From Escherichia phage EdH4: a stretch of 64,000 nt of DNA. Made by a program: the position numbers and the translations under genes. Within the stretch, counting starts at the first letter, position 1; each line of letters begins with the position of its first letter. The stretch is from the sequence record MK327930.1; one strand, written 5' to 3'. Shown here one piece after another: positions 52,881 through 63,300 of the stretch. The notes under the pieces were generated by a model. The model made no database searches, had not been told where the DNA came from, and was given only the letters and a program-made list of their open reading frames with translations.

Positions 52881-53927
52881 TTAAGCATAAGATATAGTGA
52901 TCCATTGACCATTTACAAGTTTTTGGATAGCACCTGTCCAGTAATCACCTTGATAAGGGTGTTTATAAGCGTAGTTGCCAGAGCACATCACATGTCCAGG
53001 GTAGACTCTTGACTCTCTGTAGGTGGTTTTGAAACGGTTTGCTATCCTTACATCGTCAACCCCTCTGCTGGGCATAGGGATAGTAAGGTTACCACTACTG
53101 TCTGCGCTGTTACCGTTTACCCTGCGGACCACGTTTCTTCCACCAACGGTTGCATATTGGCCTCTAACGGTTTCATCGTTACAATCAACTCTTCCACCTA
53201 TTTGAGCGCTTCCGCAGGATTGTTGTCCGTTAACAGTGGCTCTTGGTATCGTGACCGCATTGGCATTTGCAGAGGAACTTTTTGCATCGTTGCATTCAAG
53301 ATTTCCTTGGATAGCTAGTCTTGCACGGTTGGCAGTTATAGCATTGAGCTTCATAGCCGAAAACACAGGCTGCCCACCAGAAGGTTGAAATCTCCAACGG
53401 AACCCGTCTATTTGGTGAGAAGGATCATCAAGGTCTGTGCCGTCAGCACCACCGATGTTGTCCATAATCCAGAAATCCATCGTCGTCTTGTCTGGCGTTA
53501 TGGTGGTATATATTGCCGCACTGTCTGTTGACGCAGATGCAAACTCGATTCTTTGAAGACCTAAAGTTTGAGTCTGAGTCATTATGTCTCCGGACTTGTC
53601 AATATATAGATCGTCCATTTCTTCAGGCGAGTATACATTGAGAACTTGACGTGCAGCAGCTTTGTCTGGAACGTCTGCTAGATTATTAGTGACCCTTAAG
53701 AATCTATTATCCCATCCTGGGACAACATCTTCTGTTAAATGCTTTAACCACGCAGAAAGCATGTGAAGTTCAAAGTTAACAACTTCACATGCCACTCTTT
53801 GTGTCATATCCCAACCTTTCAATCTCTCTTCTTTTTTTGGTTGAGACTTATTCAACTCTCCCGTATTTTCAAGCACAACATCCTGATTGGCCCAAATATC
53901 AAGAGGGATAACTGGTTTAGTCATCAC
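52881..53927 (-). CDS. Receptor-binding tail fibre protein, paralogue B
   Basis: 348 aa; conserved N-terminus (KPVIPLDIWANQD) and C-terminus (QKLVNGQWITISYA) shared with CDS 54939..55979; centre divergent. Confidence 0.65.
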   Translation of the reverse strand: MMTKPVIPLDIWANQDVVLENTGELNKSQPKKEERLKGWDMTQRVACEVVNFELHMLSAWLKHLTEDVVPGWDNRFLRVTNNLADVPDKAAARQVLNVYSPEEMDDLYIDKSGDIMTQTQTLGLQRIEFASASTDSAAIYTTITPDKTTMDFWIMDNIGGADGTDLDDPSHQIDGFRWRFQPSGGQPVFSAMKLNAITANRARLAIQGNLECNDAKSSSANANAVTIPRATVNGQQSCGSAQIGGRVDCNDETVRGQYATVGGRNVVRRVNGNSADSSGNLTIPMPSRGVDDVRIANRFKTTYRESRVYPGHVMCSGNYAYKHPYQGDYWTGAIQKLVNGQWITISYA

Positions 53928-54013
53928 GTTCTCCTGAGAAAATTCCTTAGGACTATTTTAACACTTTAGGGAACAAAATGCAAGAACGGAGTCCTTTCCG
54001 TTCTGACCTTTGT

Positions 54014-54328
54014 TTACCTTTTACTATGCTCTACGAGCATGTGCAAAATCTTTTGTACATCGGCTCTGATGCCGGAGACATCTGTCCTGACATCCTGCTT
54101 AAGGTCGTTAATATCGGCCTCTAGCTTGCTTAACCGGGTCTCTATAACGGAATCAAGTTTATCTTTTGTAACCATACTGTTTTTCACTAAGATGAGGTCT
54201 TTCTCCAGCTCATCCAACCTCTTGGAAATGCCTTTCCATTTGGTGTGCCACTGGTTGAAAGCCCATACACAGATCGGGACAACGGTACCCATGCAGATAC
54301 CGTACAATGCCGCCAAATCCAACTCCAC
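54014..54328 (-). CDS. Small membrane-anchored coiled-coil protein
   Basis: 104 aa; TM helix LAALYGICMGTVVPICVWAF then coiled coil. Confidence 0.5.
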   Translation of the reverse strand: MELDLAALYGICMGTVVPICVWAFNQWHTKWKGISKRLDELEKDLILVKNSMVTKDKLDSVIETRLSKLEADINDLKQDVRTDVSGIRADVQKILHMLVEHSKR

Positions 54329-54339
54329 AACACCTCCTC

Positions 54340-54924
54340 TTAGAGGGTAGGTCGCTCCGGGAAGAAAATGTCAGGGGCTTTAGATGTATCTATTTCAAGA
54401 AGTTTTACCCTGTACATTTTCAAATCTCTGATGTTACGTTTCTGGTCATCAGTAAGATCATATTCAAGGTCAATCATGTCTTGATAGGCACCAATTCTAG
54501 CAGTAGCCCAAGCAAGTTCTGTCTCTATGACACCCTCTGCCTGTTGAACAAAGAATTCATTGTCTGTGACAAATTCATCACCAACTAAACGCAAAGCGTC
54601 GTGGTGAAGCATAATGTTTTCTGGTACCTCTTCTTTTTTGGCGATAACCACACGAAGACCTGGAGCAGGCCATAAGGCATCAGGTTCTTCTGTAGATGTC
54701 TTAAGAATTCCCTTCTCGTCAACAAGTAGGAAGATACACCCTGGATTTTCTTGTCGTAATGTTCGTGACTGCACATACCAATCACCATCATCATTACGTA
54801 AAAAATACCCAGTGTATGCGGTGTAATCCTCGACCTCTTGAGGGGTCAGCTCCTTGGTTTCCTTATTGGAGTGGTATTCGCCAGATCCCGGTTGGTAAAG
54901 TTTAAACTCTTGAAGTATTTTCAT
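54340..54924 (-). CDS. Tail fibre assembly chaperone (Tfa-like)
   Basis: 194 aa; C-terminus YRVKLLEIDTSKAPDIFFPERP matches the lambda Tfa / P2 gpG C-terminal signature. Confidence 0.7.
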   Translation of the reverse strand: MKILQEFKLYQPGSGEYHSNKETKELTPQEVEDYTAYTGYFLRNDDGDWYVQSRTLRQENPGCIFLLVDEKGILKTSTEEPDALWPAPGLRVVIAKKEEVPENIMLHHDALRLVGDEFVTDNEFFVQQAEGVIETELAWATARIGAYQDMIDLEYDLTDDQKRNIRDLKMYRVKLLEIDTSKAPDIFFPERPTL

Positions 54925-54938
54925 GCTAGTCCTCCGAT

Positions 54939-55979
54939 CTATGCATAATTAACAGTGATCCATTGACCATTTACAAGTTTTTGTAAAGGTCCTGCCCAGT
55001 AGGTTGAACCACGCATCTCTTTTTTGTCACCGAAATGCCAGCCTGTGACAACGTATCCGTTGCGGATTGGGGATTCAGAAACGCCGTCCACAAGTCTTGC
55101 ACCGATTCTGATGTCTTGCACACCTGTCTGCGGGATAGTGATCGTTACATCACCGTTACCGTTAGCCGTCACTCCATTCACGGAGCGCACCACATTTCTG
55201 TTACCGACAACACAGTGCTGGCTTCTTACAACCATACTGTCACAACTTGCACCACCATTAACATATACTGACCCAGCCGTCAACTGACTGGCCACATTAC
55301 AGTTGGTGAATGTTGCTGTATTGCTGATAGTAAGGTTATTGCACCTCATGTTATCGACAACTTCAACATTGCCTACCACTTTCAACAGCGCACGATTAGC
55401 CGTGATCGCGTTAAGGTACATCAAAGTGAACTCTGGATTAATATCCGGCTGAGTTGGCTGGAATCTCCAACGAAACGCATCTACTGTAGATGTACCACCA
55501 TCATCAAACGACCCGGTATTATCACTTAGCCCAAAGTCGAGGGTTGTCTTATCTGGGCCAATAGTTGTCTCTATCCAAGCCTTATCTGTCTCGGCAGCTT
55601 TAAAGTTGATACGTTGCAACCCCAAGGGGCCTGTCATTGTATCACCTGTAACTTTTACATACCTGGCGTCTGCCTCTTCCTTAGTGATAATCCCAAGGTT
55701 TCTACGGGCAACAGGAATGTTCAAAAGATCGCTCAAGTTATTATCACGTACCAGATAACGGCCTTCTTGAGCTGGGATCTGCTCGTCAGCAATGTATTTT
55801 GCCCAAGTCCCGAGCATATTGAAAATATAGTTAAGTTCTTCACATGAGGGCTTTTGACCAAGATCCCAACCTTTTCTCCACAAATCATCAATCGGGCGTA
55901 GCCTGTTCTGTCTGTGGGTGTTAGGCAGAACCTGATCCTCCTCTGCCCAAATCTCTAATGGAAAACTAGGTTTTGACAT
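54939..55979 (-). CDS. Receptor-binding tail fibre protein, paralogue A
   Basis: 346 aa; C-terminus PLQKLVNGQWITVNYA resembles the P2 gpH tip; followed by Tfa. Confidence 0.65.
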   Translation of the reverse strand: MSKPSFPLEIWAEEDQVLPNTHRQNRLRPIDDLWRKGWDLGQKPSCEELNYIFNMLGTWAKYIADEQIPAQEGRYLVRDNNLSDLLNIPVARRNLGIITKEEADARYVKVTGDTMTGPLGLQRINFKAAETDKAWIETTIGPDKTTLDFGLSDNTGSFDDGGTSTVDAFRWRFQPTQPDINPEFTLMYLNAITANRALLKVVGNVEVVDNMRCNNLTISNTATFTNCNVASQLTAGSVYVNGGASCDSMVVRSQHCVVGNRNVVRSVNGVTANGNGDVTITIPQTGVQDIRIGARLVDGVSESPIRNGYVVTGWHFGDKKEMRGSTYWAGPLQKLVNGQWITVNYA

Positions 55980-55991
55980 TTTATCTCCTGA

Positions 55992-58064
55992 TTATGAGAA
56001 GTCTGGCGGGACAACATCTTCTACATACCCTTTCAGAGCAACCTGCCCCATATGAAGCACGGTAGAATCTCTAGCGGTAACAGTGATGCTGTCAGACATT
56101 ACTTGCGGGTATGCCCACACATACTGTTTTACCTCAGGATATCTATACTCTATAGTTGCCATGTTTCCGCAAATACATCTCCATAAAAATTCTTGGTAAT
56201 TCCTGGTTGGGTCGTAACCATATACCGGAGCAAGCTCTTTACTAGGAACGAACCCTGCAAGGTATTGTATTTCAGACGGTTGCCAACCTAACTTAACGAT
56301 AGGTATGTTTACAGACTCTTTTGCCTTTTCAATACCTCCCTGCATCACCCAATCGTAGCACTCGGTGCAGAAGAAATCAAGAGCACCTGCTTCCTTTTTA
56401 TATTGGTCAGCAAGGTTAAGCTTTTGCGTAAGCTCGGTTTCCATAATGGTTGGGAAAAACAGCAGAGCTGTCATCTGAGCTGATGCAGCGTGTGCCTTTA
56501 TTGCCTTTGAAATAGCCGCAATACGAGCGCCAAGCTTACCACGACAAAATGCTACATACTTATCGTAAACACCGCCAGTTTTAGGATCGTCAATAGTCCC
56601 AATATCTAATGCATACTCGCCTGTCTCATCATAAAACGCCTGTTTTGTAGGGTAATCATAAATACAAGGTCTACGAGTATCGGTATTGTACCACCACCAC
56701 GGTTCACCAACCTGCATAATCACTGGCAGGTTGTTTCTCATAGCGGCTGATGCAAAATTCTTAAATACTGCAGTAAGGAAATTCATACCCTCTTCAATGG
56801 TTGGAGACAGGAGGTAGCTACAAGGTGTATACCCTGTTTTAGCGTAGTTATCGTTCCAGTCTCTTTGGGTCCATTCCAACGGGCAGGCATCGCTGAAAAG
56901 CTCAAAACTTACAGATTGCATAACGTCGAAGTTATGTCGTTTGGCATTGTACATAAAATCATCATGCCATTTATAAGCTGCAGCGTTTAGCGCTCCTGTT
57001 CTGTTTATAGACCATTGGGTTCCTGACCATGTGTAGTCATAATAATGACTCATACCAACATAATGGTTTATGGTTCCGGTATAGCCCAGACGCTTGATAT
57101 TGTTCAACACCCTTAAAGGAGACACGTTCCACATATCGTCATATGCGGTGCAGATCCCAACATCGTGCTCTCTCACCTGGATATTGTTAAGTTGCATCAT
57201 TTTCCAGCCTGTGTCTGGCTGAAGCAGATCTAGGCGCAACTCACACTCTACATTTTCCGTTCTCGGGTCTGTGCTATTACTTACCCAGTCTTTAGGCATA
57301 AGCGGTATTAAAATCCTTCTCACCTGCCGAGGATCAACACCCATCATGTTGTTGTTCTGATCCATCCCGACGCAGTCCTCAAAATCAATATGAATTTCTG
57401 CAACATTCTTATCCTCTGAGATGCTGACAGCATATTGAGCTAAAGGAACATAGATGATTGTGCCATCAACAAGGTCTACAGTCATAATCATCTTTTCAGG
57501 AGTGGAGAAGTTGCTGGCGTTGGTTATTGACATTCTGAACCAAAGCTTGGTGTTTCTCATCTCATAGTGATCATCAAACCCAATACCGAAATGGTCATAC
57601 TTGTCAACTGTTTCCCAAATGCACCCAGCCATACCTCCATATGTTCTTGACACTAAACGGTTAATACAACAGTTGTTATCTGCAACAATACAGGTACTTT
57701 CAGTCTGCTGAGTGGTTGTAACCCAATATCTTGGGTGAAACATTCTCTCCTCAACAGTATCCCAAGATATCCTGTCAAGATTCTCATCTGAAACTATTGT
57801 ACATTTCGCCCTTTGTGTTCCAATCATCACCCCTTGAGATTTTGATGAAAACTCCATAAAGAAGCTTCTTGGCAACCTGTTGGGTAATTTGTCAACAATT
57901 TCCACGGGGATCTCAATACTGGTTGCCCCAACTGGGATAGTTACATCGCCCTCAACATGATCATAATCCCTACCAGGAACGGCAGTATCCTGAACTGTTC
58001 GGTAATGAAACCGTGCAGCCATTGTAGAGTAATCACGGTAAGGTTTAAAAACAGCTGTTGCCAT
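55992..58064 (-). CDS. Tail-associated structural protein (possible carbohydrate-active domain)
   Basis: 690 aa; N-terminal beta-sandwich-like segment then a large Trp/Tyr-rich domain; no confident family. Confidence 0.55.
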   Translation of the reverse strand: MATAVFKPYRDYSTMAARFHYRTVQDTAVPGRDYDHVEGDVTIPVGATSIEIPVEIVDKLPNRLPRSFFMEFSSKSQGVMIGTQRAKCTIVSDENLDRISWDTVEERMFHPRYWVTTTQQTESTCIVADNNCCINRLVSRTYGGMAGCIWETVDKYDHFGIGFDDHYEMRNTKLWFRMSITNASNFSTPEKMIMTVDLVDGTIIYVPLAQYAVSISEDKNVAEIHIDFEDCVGMDQNNNMMGVDPRQVRRILIPLMPKDWVSNSTDPRTENVECELRLDLLQPDTGWKMMQLNNIQVREHDVGICTAYDDMWNVSPLRVLNNIKRLGYTGTINHYVGMSHYYDYTWSGTQWSINRTGALNAAAYKWHDDFMYNAKRHNFDVMQSVSFELFSDACPLEWTQRDWNDNYAKTGYTPCSYLLSPTIEEGMNFLTAVFKNFASAAMRNNLPVIMQVGEPWWWYNTDTRRPCIYDYPTKQAFYDETGEYALDIGTIDDPKTGGVYDKYVAFCRGKLGARIAAISKAIKAHAASAQMTALLFFPTIMETELTQKLNLADQYKKEAGALDFFCTECYDWVMQGGIEKAKESVNIPIVKLGWQPSEIQYLAGFVPSKELAPVYGYDPTRNYQEFLWRCICGNMATIEYRYPEVKQYVWAYPQVMSDSITVTARDSTVLHMGQVALKGYVEDVVPPDFS

Positions 58065-58750
58065 TAACCCTCCTGTCTAGTTGCGTTTACTGTAATACTT
58101 TCACAATAAATGGTTGTGGTGTCCCAATCAGGTCTTACGTCAGGAACATACAGCAAAGTAGCCAGCCCACCAACTCCAAACTGGTTTTCTTCCCATACTG
58201 ATCCGAAGCCAAGAGCTGTAGAGTCCCCTTCAAAACCAAAAGCTTGCCCTTGCGATTCTGTAAGACGCAAATGACAAGGCAATGGTAGCATATCTAAGAT
58301 CTGATCGATAGACTGCAATATGTCAAAGCAAGTTTTTCTAATATTTATGTCAAACCTGAAGTTGTCTCCTTTCCACGTATCGAAATTGTCTCTTCCGAAC
58401 AATTGTCGCAAGGTGGAGATGACATCTTCGCGAGTCCCGCCCCTTGATGCTGCGGCCTGCTGAATAATTAGTGTGGCACGAAAATCAGCATCTGAAAGTC
58501 CATTCCTAAGAATACCAAGTTGATTACCAACTTCGTCAAGGTATCTTCCGCTGGCATTGTTAAGCAATCTTCCTTCAGCCAAACCTACCAGCATCTTATC
58601 AACATCCTCCAACCTTTTAAGGTATACGGTTAAGAATGTGACTAAATTAACCTTCTCAGCCAGAAAATCTCCAGGCAGGTAGTCAAGACCTCCCTGAACA
58701 AAATCTGGCAGAGTGTGGATGTGGTTAACATCCGACTTAATCTCTGCCAT
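58064..58750 (-). CDS. Putative baseplate or tail-fibre-associated protein
   Basis: 228 aa; position equivalent to P2 gpI after a baseplate-J-like gene; sequence similarity not confirmed. Confidence 0.5.
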   Translation of the reverse strand: MAEIKSDVNHIHTLPDFVQGGLDYLPGDFLAEKVNLVTFLTVYLKRLEDVDKMLVGLAEGRLLNNASGRYLDEVGNQLGILRNGLSDADFRATLIIQQAAASRGGTREDVISTLRQLFGRDNFDTWKGDNFRFDINIRKTCFDILQSIDQILDMLPLPCHLRLTESQGQAFGFEGDSTALGFGSVWEENQFGVGGLATLLYVPDVRPDWDTTTIYCESITVNATRQEG

Positions 58751-58761
58751 ATCTCGCCGCC

Positions 58762-60252
58762 TTAAATAGTTTGTTGGAAAGTTATATTACTTTCGTCGAG
58801 GTCAAACACCTCAGTCATGTTCGCAACAATATCGTTTGTAGTGTAAGCTTCATCAGAAGCTCCTACGGATTTAACTTGAATTACCAGTCTATTAAATCTG
58901 CCTATTGACACAGCAGCAGATGCAGCACCTACCAATTGGATATTATACAACGTATCTGCAACATCCAGTCCGTTAACAACCTGCAAAAGAGCCTCTATAA
59001 TGGCATCTTTTTCGGTTGTGGAAAGCGCAGCACCGGAGTAGGTAATTCTCATATCCAGGCGGTAGGTATTTGCCTTGGAGTAATAAATTCTTTCAGTCTG
59101 ACCGTCAGATGTAGTGACATCGTAGAAAATATTACCATAAGTCCTGTTCGTACAGGCTATAGTTTGGTAAAGTGCCTGGCAGATATCCTCTGTTGCACCA
59201 CCAAACACCACCACTTGAAACTTATAAGGTGGTATACCTTTCGCATCCGTTTTATCGGTGTTGTTAGAGAACACTCTTACTTTCTCAACACCTTTCACCT
59301 CGCTTACAGCGCTAAGAATTGCAGGACGGGTAGCCTTAGATGTTAACTGTTTTGTGCTGGAAGCTCTTAAGCGATACTCTGAGTCTTTCTCAACATCCCT
59401 GCCCTCATTGAATCTTTCTCTGTTGGTAAGCTTGATAAATCCACTGGGAGTAGGTGACATTGTTGTCACGGTTTCTGCCTCTCTTGACAGCTCACCAGCC
59501 TCGTTAGCGATAACATCCAAGGTGATAGTTCTTTCCCCTACAATCGGGGATACTCTGAAATCTACCCTGCTATTAAGTCCAACTTGATCAAGATTTGAAT
59601 TGTACCCTATCCACAACGTTCCTGTCAACATATCGATCTGAATCAAATCGTCGTTCAACAGAGTTGTATTATCGACAATGAATTGCTTAATCTCTCCGTA
59701 AAAGCTTGGCAGATCAGAAGAGTCCAGAGCCTTATCTGTTAAAACCAGACTTTTTGTTTTGATACTTCCATCTGTCTGGTTGGTAATTTGAAAGTTGTAT
59801 TTACCAATCCTTAGGTCTGGAGCATTTATTCTGTGAGCAATAAGATTCCCTGCTACTTGCACATCATTGCTAAGAACAAAGTTGCCACTATCCAACGTAT
59901 AAGTTTTGGAATCGTAAATCATATTGTACGGCACAGTTGTGTTGATCGTCAACTGGCAGGTACCTGATGATTTAGAACGGCCTCTTCGGTAAATACCTCG
60001 TCTTCCAAGAAGTTCGTCTAGGTAAATACCTTCTGCCCCATACAGCGTTTGTGATGCGTACACAGATGCTGCCATAAGAATAAGTTGATACTCTCGCTCG
60101 TTGAAAATAGTGGTCAGCTTATCTGCAACGGAGTTACTTTGTACGTTGAAGTTTTCGCCAAAAGCACGGATCAGGCTTTGCTTAGTTTCAACGATTAGGT
60201 CATTTAGGGTTGGTATAACGAAACCAGCCTCTGTCAATCCATACTTAGCCAC
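58762..60252 (-). CDS. Baseplate J-like protein
   Basis: 496 aa; block VEKDSEYRLRASSTKQLTSKATRPAILSAVSEVKGVEKVRV parallels recalled P2 gpJ ESDTDYRLRIQQAF...GRVADISV. Confidence 0.55.
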   Translation of the reverse strand: MAKYGLTEAGFVIPTLNDLIVETKQSLIRAFGENFNVQSNSVADKLTTIFNEREYQLILMAASVYASQTLYGAEGIYLDELLGRRGIYRRGRSKSSGTCQLTINTTVPYNMIYDSKTYTLDSGNFVLSNDVQVAGNLIAHRINAPDLRIGKYNFQITNQTDGSIKTKSLVLTDKALDSSDLPSFYGEIKQFIVDNTTLLNDDLIQIDMLTGTLWIGYNSNLDQVGLNSRVDFRVSPIVGERTITLDVIANEAGELSREAETVTTMSPTPSGFIKLTNRERFNEGRDVEKDSEYRLRASSTKQLTSKATRPAILSAVSEVKGVEKVRVFSNNTDKTDAKGIPPYKFQVVVFGGATEDICQALYQTIACTNRTYGNIFYDVTTSDGQTERIYYSKANTYRLDMRITYSGAALSTTEKDAIIEALLQVVNGLDVADTLYNIQLVGAASAAVSIGRFNRLVIQVKSVGASDEAYTTNDIVANMTEVFDLDESNITFQQTI

Positions 60253-60322
60253 GTCACTCCTCCGGTATGAAAATCTCTACAAGGTATTTTACCAAATTTT
60301 GTAACAATAGTCAATCTGAGCA

Positions 60323-60348
60323 TAAAAATAAACCCCGCCGAAGCGGGG
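60323..60348 (-). terminator. Rho-independent terminator after the J-like gene
   Basis: Hairpin ccccgccgaagcgggg with T-run on minus. Confidence 0.6.
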
Positions 60349-60357
60349 CTTTAAAGA

Positions 60358-63300
60358 TTAGTCGTGAGACTCGTTCCAAGGTCCCTGGAAGCTTGAGTTA
60401 GAACGACTAACGATCACAGTGGGACAGGAGATTGTGACACCTGTCACGCTCGACGTTGACCACGGTGTGTAAATCTCGATAACAATGTCTATAGTTTGTT
60501 CACCCAGACCTGTTATCCCTACCGCACACATGCCGTTGTTGTCGTTAAAATACTTCTTGCCAGCAAGGATCTGATGACCAGCTATCCATGCATTCAGTTG
60601 GGAGCTGGCAAGAGTACCATTCAGTTTAAAGAAGAATGTTACGTTCTTACCCTGACCTGAAACGTTATCTACGTATCTCCACCTCCAACGGCAAACCCTT
60701 TGCTGGGAGTTATATACTGGAGCACAATCTCCGTAAGTCCTGTGTGCAACAATCGCACCTTCGAACTGGTTAGCACGGATAACAGAAGCTTCTACACGAC
60801 CACGGAAGGTACCTCCGGTTGCATCTATGGTGCCTCTAAAGCTACCATTATTGGCATAAACATCACCACGGAAGGTACCACTGGTGGCGTTAACTGCCCC
60901 TGTGAAGTTACCAGAACTGGCGTTGATGTTGCCTTTCACCCACACATCCATAAATTGGGCGTGCCCGTTCTTGTTAATATACCAACCGTATTTATGGTAC
61001 CCGTTGCCATCGTAGTTGTTTGACGAAATTTCTTGTGCGATCTTGGCAGAGGAGATCGTGCCATTCTCTATAAAAGCGTCTTTCAAGAACGCTTGGTTGT
61101 TCTTGATTGCGAAAGCAAGGGTTGCTGTTCCATTTCCAGGGTTGTATACCGCAAAATTGTTTGCACTAACCATGAAGTAGGATTGAACTTGTCCTCCAGA
61201 CCCCTCCATGCCCAGCTGGATACCTGCAACATACTTATTCCCTGCAGAGTCTACCTGAATCTTAGCTCCCCACTGAGCATCTATTTTACCCTCAAGTGTT
61301 GTTACAGCTTTAGAGGTATTAGATACTGTAGCCCTGAGCTCATCAATATTACCCATTTCGTCAACAATTTCTTGTTTTGCAGAGGTAAGTTCTTGACGGA
61401 TCGCTGCGGCTGTATTATTAACAAGATCAACTGTTGTACTATTAGTTTCTTGAATAGATGCTTGCAGATTGGCAACCTCTTTCTGCACATCATCTTCCAG
61501 CTTGGTGATCTTCCCTGTAGCTGCCACCAGATCCTGCTTAATAGCTTCCGTTGTCTTATTTAGCAGATCGGTTGTTGCCTTGTTGGTTTCTTGAATAGAG
61601 GAGTTAAGTTTGCTCTCAGTATTCTTCAACTCTTCCCGCAGAGTACCTTGAGTTGCAGTTATTTGCTCACTCAATGCTTGAGTTTTACGATTAACAAGAT
61701 CAACGGTTGATCTATTTGTTGTCTCGATTAGTGACCCAAGCCTACCAGACTCTGCTGCAAGTTTATCGTCAAAGGATTGCTGAGCTGCTACCAGCTTACT
61801 GTTAAGGGCAGAAATTTCTCCATTAACCCCTGTAAATTTTTCTGTCGTCTCTCTGACAACACCCTCTATTGTATCCCCAAGCTCTTCAAAAATGCTAGTA
61901 ACACGGTCATTGACTGCACCAACATTTTTATCCATTTCCTTGACTGCATTATCAAGATTGGCGGTAAGCTCTTTATAAGTCTCTGTCTTTTTGAACTCAG
62001 CATCAATCTGTGGCATAAGATCTTCTATGGATGTGTAACAGCGGGCTGCACACTCCACAAAAGCAGATGAACCAAAAGCATTTGTTGTCCTGATATACCA
62101 GTAATAAATCTTATCGTTCTGCAGACCTTCAGATGTCCAAGTTGAACCAACACCCATACGAGTGGCTTTTGAAGTAACGGTTGCATCACTGGTATCTGGC
62201 AATCTTGTCATCCCAGATGTCCAAAAGTCGTACTGGGTGCTTACACTTGCTAAATCCCTACTATGCGGAATCAAGGTGATAGCAAAGTATCCTTGCTTAA
62301 CCTCTACAGAAACCGGAGCTTCAGGTGCCTGAATGTTAAACTCACAGTACGCTTCTGGAGATACACCACCTTTATAAGATGTTGCAACCACGGTTGCTGT
62401 GTATGACCCTTTGGTCAAACCTTCTACTCTGACAAACTGCTCAACTGTCTGTGCTGTCCAAACAATCTCTCCGTTCTTTCTTACCTGCACAATATTTTGA
62501 GCGTAAGTCCCAACGTTGTCCCAAGCCAAAACACCGTGAGTTACTTCCCCAGCTTGGAGAACGGAGTATCTGAAGTTTTGCGGCTGAGCTACACCGGACG
62601 GGGATATCGGAATATCTACATCACCGGAATCCGGAAGTTGCCCTGTGGCATCATTCCACTCTTTAGCATCTTGACGAAGTTTTACCTTGACACCGCCCTT
62701 TTTGGTGAACTCCCATTCAAGAACCCTCATTTCTTGGCCCACTATACCAATACTTGGGAGGTCCATTGTAACGTAACGACCAGGTTTAAATTTGAAACCT
62801 CGCATATTGCAGGTGACTTCAATAATCCTGCCAGCTCTGGCACGTCTTAGGAAGATTGCAGAAACACGCTGAGCTTGATAAGGACTGGTAACAAAGCGAT
62901 AGTCTATATCGATTATCTTTCTTTCTCCATCCTTCTCTATCCACTCTGGGACAAACACTGATGGGAAATCTGTTTCAGAATACCCTTTGGTAGGACTGGT
63001 GAATCTGCCAGTTATTGTGTTGGATCTTTTGTCAAATGAGGCTTCCGGATAGATCTTGACCTCACCACAGACACAATCCTCACTCAGTGTCATTGTTGCC
63101 GGGCCATAGTATGCACCAACCAGCAAACCATACTTACCAGCTACATAGCTGAGATCTGCACCACAAGCTTTCAGCATTTCTGCCATAATGCTTGCTGGGG
63201 CCTCATCCATGTCAAACTCACCGTTAATGGTGTAACGTCGCTCACTGGTTCCGTCAGCGTTTTTTACCGCCTCGTCGCATATGTTGGCAGCCTCCTTGAA

